Of a stretch of DNA of 64,000 nucleotides, positions 57,333-64,000 are shown piece by piece. The position numbers were made by a program, and so were the translations under genes. How positions within the stretch are numbered: the first letter of the stretch is position 1; the number at the start of each line of letters is the position of its first letter. The notes below the pieces were generated by a model. It worked only from the letters and a program-made list of their open reading frames with translations, had not been told where the DNA came from and made no database searches. Source of the DNA: Eledone cirrhosa (taxonomy: Eukaryota); NCBI GenBank assembly GCA_964016885.1, contig OZ024745.1, positions 129,580,001 to 129,644,000 on the forward strand. Direction: 5' to 3'.

Positions 57333-60300
57333 ATATATATATATATATATACATAAAGGGAACTAACATTCTATACAAATAGTTATAGAGAAAATGCGAA
57401 ATTGGAAATAGTACAGAAAATATAATTAAAGGTCTGTTTTTCTTTTCTTTTTCCTTCCTTTGATTCGTCAAAGTGACATTATTGAAAAAGTGAGAGGGAC
57501 AATTCTTTTAAAAAAAGAGTTTTATAATGTATATAAAGTATATAAAGTATTACCGGTTTCGATGTATTAGTAAAATTCATTTTATCAAATGTTGAGTATT
57601 ACAATTAAAAAGAATTGATAAGAATTAAAAGCTAAAAATTAAAGATTTAAGATTAAGTGTTGAGGCAAGTTTTTTTTCATCCTCTTTGTTGTGAAGGAGA
57701 CTGGAAAAATGAACACTTCTGTATAGAGAGAGAGGTAGACATGGTAGTAGCAGAAGCAGTGGTGGTATGTGTGTGTTTTTTACACACACACACAAATATA
57801 TATATATATATCCATACATACAAACATACATTCATATAGTGATTGTATAATAAATAAATAAAGTAAATCTTAACCTGTTGACTTGTACTCTACATGTGTG
57901 TGTGTATGGATTGGAAAGGTCACATCTTAATGCTGTATTGAGTACCTCACTTAATTGCGGTTACCATTTCCTTCGTTACGTATATATTACAGTATATTTA
58001 TACAGATTCATAATTAAAGCGTTTTTAAAACCATATACCAGCATGTAAAAATTTACCAATATACGTTGGCAAACCTACTCAAACAAAAACACAAATTGCC
58101 TGAGAGAGAGAGAGAGAGAGATTAGAGATAGATAGATATATAGATAGAAAGAGAGAGGGGGAGGGAGGGTGTAAAAAATAAAAAAACAGAAAAAGAAGGG
58201 AAGCCCGAGAATTAGAAGTCCGTTTATTGAAAGCAACATATCAAACTTTCAATAAGTATATCTATAAACATACGTGTGTAACGATGTATATTTAATTCAA
58301 TGGAATGAAAACACCAACTGAAAGCATGAACCATCAACCAGAAATATCAACATAAATACACATACATATACCTGGGTATGTACAAAAGTTAATGTCGTGT
58401 TGTGCACATATGTTTGACATAAATTAGAAACAATATTATTTGCAAATTTTTTCATAAACTTTTATTAGATTAAAAATTACTTTAAAATCAAATGATTTTA
58501 CAAAATGTTTTTTCATTATATTTACTTTTATAAATTCCTTCACCACATTAAGCACATCAAGCAACGCAAGCACTTTAAGGCATTTATCATTATGGGGTAT
58601 CATTTTAAAAGACGTGTTTAAATTTAATTTATTTCCTCGACAGTATGTGCCTGATGCGGGTGGGTGTGATTGTTGGATTATGGTCTCCCATTGTTTGGGT
58701 TCAGGGATAGTATAGGTTATTTATTTATATATATATATGGGGGGGGGGGGGGTATACGTACAGACCCACATATGGCGAATTGAACAAAAGTACTTTTTCT
58801 TGGAGAATATCTTTTATTTGTGTTCTAGTTCTGCTCCTTCTCCTCTATCTTTCTATTTCTTTTTTAATTTCTCATTCTGCTTGTTTGATGACAGACTAGC
58901 GTCCGAAACATTAAGATGTTTTCTCATATGTTAAGCATGGAACTAATAAGTATCTTCATTTTACTTCATTGTCTGTTGTGTTTGTTCAGTTTCAGTTAAC
59001 CTTTCGCATAGACACGCAAACGCACGCACACACGCGTGCGCGCGCGCGCGCTGAAACACACAAATTAATGACAAAAGTAATCGACATGCCAAATGCAAGA
59101 TGAACATATGCATTAACAATTAGATTTATTCTTGCATATTCTTTCATATATGTAATTGTATTCGACTAAGTTGTCAGAAATGCAACGAAAGAAAGTACTG
59201 GTGTTGCAAAATAAGGACGTCCATTGGCTGGGTCATATCACCTACGACGTTTCAGCGGTAACAGCTTTTCTTGACTGCTGTACCACGTGGGAAGATGGGC
59301 TGTACAGTAGCGCCATTATGTCTACTTACGTGTCACATCAAGTGACTTTGTACATCTACCTTCGCTGTTATACATTTTAAGCTTGATAGCTAACCGGTAT
59401 CATTTTACATGTTAGCGTACATACGTGTGTTGAGTGATAACAATGATGTTGCAGTAAGGGAAACGTTTGTCTACTCTATGTATGCATATATGGGAAGTGT
59501 GGGATATGAGTTTCTAGAATATACCAATGGCTTTTCTGTACAGACAAAATACAATGTACAATGAAAATAAATAAAATAAAATACACTGTTATAAGCCTCC
59601 GAGTGAGGAAAACCGCCAAACATGCTTCATGCCATTAGTCACGAATTATCCAAGATAAAAGATGACAGGGACAAGAAGGCAGTACTCCTCGTGTTCCTGA
59701 ATCTGAAGGTTTAATTGGCTGTGGAAATATTCCTCTGAAGTCAGAAGTTATAAAATATACCAGAACGTTGCAGATGACATATCTTCTTAATGAGCTATCA
59801 TGTCGCTTTCGAAGATTTATATTACACAACAATACCTTTCATGAAATATTAAATATCTCTATGATACATTCAAGAGATGTCTACAATTACAATACGAATA
59901 ACTTCATTCTTTCTCACTACACCAACTGTTTAATAATTACTTTCAATGGGTAGTTAATGCAAATATGCCATAACTTCTAATTGACAAGAAGAGTAAAACA
60001 GATATTATACAAGAAGCAAAGGAGATGTTTACATGACCTACATGTATTTGAATAGCAAAACATTGAAGTTATTATATATAACAGAAGAAAGATAAATCTA
60101 CGTCTGGGGAGGAGTCGATAGTCTTACTGAAATATACTTTAAAGATATATATTTCTTTGAAATGATAAGATAAATCAATGTACCTAGAATAAAATATCAT
60201 TGGAGGAGTGAAATACAGTAAAGCGGGCAGATAGATATCAATATACAACGCATGACATCTTTATATAATACTTTATTAATTGGAAGATTTTTACCTCAAT

Positions 60301-60404
60301 AATCATAACTGATTTCCCACTAAAGATTTCAAGACGGTATTATGATTGAAATAATGACAAGTACCTCCCATAAATATTAGAGTATTATTATTATAACTGG
60401 CAGA

Positions 60405-60500
60405 GGTTGTCTTTGCCTTTCATCTTTACGGGGTCGATAAAATAAAGTACCAGTAATGCACTGGGTAATTGCTGGCCTTGTGCCTAAAGTAGAAATAATT
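60405..60500 (+). mobile_element. SINE, 5' truncated
   Basis: Family core; attattataactggcaga on both sides is a probable TSD. Confidence 0.85.
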
Positions 60501-60744
60501 ATTATAACTGGCAGAATTTTTGAAAAAGTTACGCTCCGCCCAGCATAATTATTTCTGAGATGCAGAGAAGACTCCATTGAAATTGTTAAGTCATAATTAC
60601 GACTGGCAGGTTGATTCAATACAGAAACACCCAATCTAAAATAAGTAATTCTGATTAGCAGATATACGTTAGGTTCAATTAAAATTCAGAGGATGTAATC
60701 AGATTTGACAAGGAGACCATACACACACACGCCCACTCACCCAT

Positions 60745-60825
<81 letters not shown>

Positions 60826-60828
<3 letters not shown>

Positions 60829-60955
60829 TTTCTGAAGACAGCATATATATGTGAAGGTATGTATATTTCCTCTGATAGTTTGTAATATTTTTACATAGAT
60901 CTCTATGATATACATACCAACACACATATATATCCTAGAAACGATCGTAAAGTGA
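60826..60955 (+). ncRNA. Hammerhead ribozyme with ~100-nt stem II (family J)
   Basis: tcattt-CTGAAGA-…atatatatgtg aaggtatgtatat…atatacatacc aa cacacatatata…-GAAA-cgatcg-TA-aagtga. Confidence 0.8.
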
Positions 60956-61009
60956 TGAATTTTTTAATATAAGGAACTTGTTCTTTGTTTTTATTCATTG
61001 TTTTTATTA

Positions 61010-61063
<54 letters not shown>

Positions 61064-61066
<3 letters not shown>

Positions 61067-61333
61067 TGAAGTATTTCCGTCGGAAAGGTACAGGAAAAAA
61101 GAGTGCTCTATGTAGGCTACGTAGCTTATTAGTTATGTAATAAACAGCTTGAGATAATTATTTCATTTACCAGTTGTTTCTTGAAGGCAGATGTTATGTC
61201 TGTCTTCAGTCGTCAGAATGAATAAATAACATGATGTTATTTATTCATTCTGACGACTGAAGACAGACATAACATCTGCCTTCAAGAAACCACTGGTAAA
61301 TGAAATAATTATTTTATGTTGTTTATTACATAA

Positions 61334-61337
<4 letters not shown>
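61064..61337 (-). mobile_element. Family H fold-back element with an HHR on each strand
   Basis: Inverted arms ~61128-61232 / 61234-61337; tail 61064-61127; (TA)n flanks. Confidence 0.85.
61244..61304 (+). ncRNA. Hammerhead ribozyme (family H); mirror copy at 61162-61222 (-)
   Basis: ttcatt-CTGACGA-ctgaagacaga cataaca tctgccttcaa-GAAA-ccactgg-TA-aatgaa. Confidence 0.85.
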
Positions 61338-61416
<79 letters not shown>

Positions 61417-61623
61417 ATGTATTGGATAATGTGTGAAATCCTTCGTACAGTTAGGTATAATTTAAAGAAGGAAGACAATGACTTCACTTGTAGTTCTAAA
61501 CAATTTTATCAATTTTACAATTTGGTTCAGTAGATCTAGTAAGTTCTTTGTTAACTTTCCTGGAGAACTTCTCGCAATATATATATATACATACATATAT
61601 ATATTTATATATATATTTATATA

Positions 61624-61671
<48 letters not shown>

Positions 61672-61697
61672 TTATGTAATAAACAACATAAAATAAT

Positions 61698-61770
<73 letters not shown>

Positions 61771-63850
61771 CATATATGAACATATACATGCACACATACA
61801 TACACGCATGTATATATACATATATATATATATTCATATGAATGTATGTATAGTATATTTGCCAAATATACTATGCATACAGTCATGTATACATCGCTAT
61901 TTCAGAGCACCAATCCTAATATATTCATATATGTATCGTACTATATGCATTACAATATTTAGTATCAAATCAGGCAGCGTGTTGCTTATTATAATGCATA
62001 AGCCAAGTAAAGTGGAATATTCAGAGTCCATAAAAGGAGGTGTCTTATTTCCTTTTACTCTTTTTCACTCAGTCTGGATCGTTCCTTCGAATACTAAGCT
62101 TCTTTCTAAATAAGAAATTTGTATTTAATATATTATGGAGGGTGCATTTCACCAAGCTGTAGTACGAAGTCTTCTGTGTCTGTGTATATTCTATCATTTT
62201 ATCGTAACGATCTGTACAGTTGGGGTAACTACTATATTCTGCGTATACTTAGTCAACTATACTCGTTGCACAACAAATCTAGATTTGATCACATGACATT
62301 TAGATCAAAAGTGGCTGGCGTTTAGCACCACGTCTGCTCTAATCCAGTCGATACATAATCAAAGCTCTTTGAATTGTAAAAAATCGCTTTCTTTTCAATC
62401 AAAATGTACACCCAGGACATTTCATAAAAATACATTTCATAAAAATACGTTGTTATAATCTTTAGGAAGATAGGATGAAATTTAAAAATAACTGTATGCC
62501 ATTCTCATACGCGGTTGTTTTCTTTAATAGTTCAATCTCATGGTTAATGTTTACGTCATCTCAGATTATACATTCAAATATTCAAAGTGTACACGTTAAA
62601 CTTTTAGCCATACATATGTACACAATTTGTCGCATTTCTGATCAGAAATGTCATATTCCGAAGCCATTTCAATTCAATTTCTCCATTACAAGAGCGTCAT
62701 AAACGCACCAATTTCAGTTTCTCATTTCGTAATTGAAATTACAATGGTTGAAATAATGTAAATTATACAGGCAATCATTCAGACCAAAAGAATTGTTACA
62801 TTTCAAGGAAGAAAATCCTGATTTAATTTACTAACCATTCATATTTAAAGGGGTTTGATTAAAAAAAATCATAAACTAATTGTTTGGCATGAAAAAATGT
62901 CGGGAGGGTAAACGAAGGTGTCTTCAAATTAAAACTGAAAATTGAAATAAATGAAATACAGTTGCAAATGAAAACTGAGATTGTTTTCATCGATTCAAAT
63001 TAAATTTCAGTGAAGCTTTATTTTTAATTGAAGTTAGAGTCGACTTATCATATCAATTTCCGCTTACAAAAATATAATTTTATTTCGACATTGTGTCTCT
63101 CTGATTGTATTTTATAAAATCAAAAAATATCCCTGGTTTTGTTTATTAAGTAATGATCCAAAGAAAATCAAGTTTAAAGAAAATTTATTGTAAAAAAATT
63201 ATCAAATCTTCTTGCAGAAAAATGTATTTTTATGAAAGCAAAGCTAACACATAATTTAACCAAACCTGGTAATCAATTGTGGAGGCGAATATCGCTGAAA
63301 CGTTCATGAATGTTACATATTATAGGGACTGACTGAATCTGTGATCAGTAGACTCCAATACCGTACTGGTTAGTTCTCCGAACTTACTTCCTGTAATGCA
63401 AAAATGACTGTGACTAACTTAGGCGGACAGCAGTGCTCAAGGGTAAGGTTAATTTATGCGTCCGGCTTTCGGCAGTTGCCAGTTAAATTCCTCTAGGCTT
63501 CCGTGCCCACATTTCTTTCCCCCAGTTATTTATTTACCTTAATCCATTATATTATTATTGAAATATAAATTTTCTCAGGTCTACAAGCTAACAGACTTTC
63601 AAAATGTCAAATTCGGTTAATGAGTTGTTGGTTACACACACACGTGCAGACACACATACACACAAGCATATACACACACACACACTCATGGTAACACATT
63701 GGTCCGGCAAACAAAAGTTGTGGGTTCATGTACGTCAATACTCATCTTTTTTTTTTTAAATCACAACTAACAAACTAATTTCTATTTAGTCAAATACGGC
63801 ATAAGCACATGCTTCTACCTAATTTTCAAATTCGCTAGCCATTTGTTTCT

Positions 63851-63906
<56 letters not shown>

Positions 63907-64000
63907 TTAGGTTTGTTGGTTCACTACTGGATAGAATTGGTCATTCCGTATGGTCAATCTTGGTGTAATATTGTGGAGAGTACTCAACGTAGTGCAGTTC

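Overview
AT-rich, repeat-dense non-coding animal DNA. The SINE family and the very high (TA)n/(CA)n content suggest a cephalopod (octopus-like) genome, which is an inference. I cannot support any host protein-coding exon; nearly all listed ORFs are microsatellite translations. The only clear coding remnants are decayed RTE-type LINE reverse-transcriptase fragments (~40.6-41.5 kb, ~51.6-52.5 kb). Other repeats are about 15 copies of one tRNA-derived SINE, a few MITE/hAT-type DNA elements and several minisatellites. The main signal is that the short unique-looking islands between (TA)n tracts are at least 10 different families of small non-coding elements. They carry type I hammerhead ribozyme (HHR) motifs (stem I-CUGANGA-stem II-GAAA-stem III-UH-stem I'). 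About 15 recognisable motifs occur in 64 kb, many of the minimal type with a palindromic stem III loop. The elements take Penelope-like/retrozyme forms: partial head-to-tail tandems (~450-545 bp units) or fold-back inversions plus a 3' tail, with (TA)n on both sides. All structures were paired by eye; coordinates may be off by a few bases.
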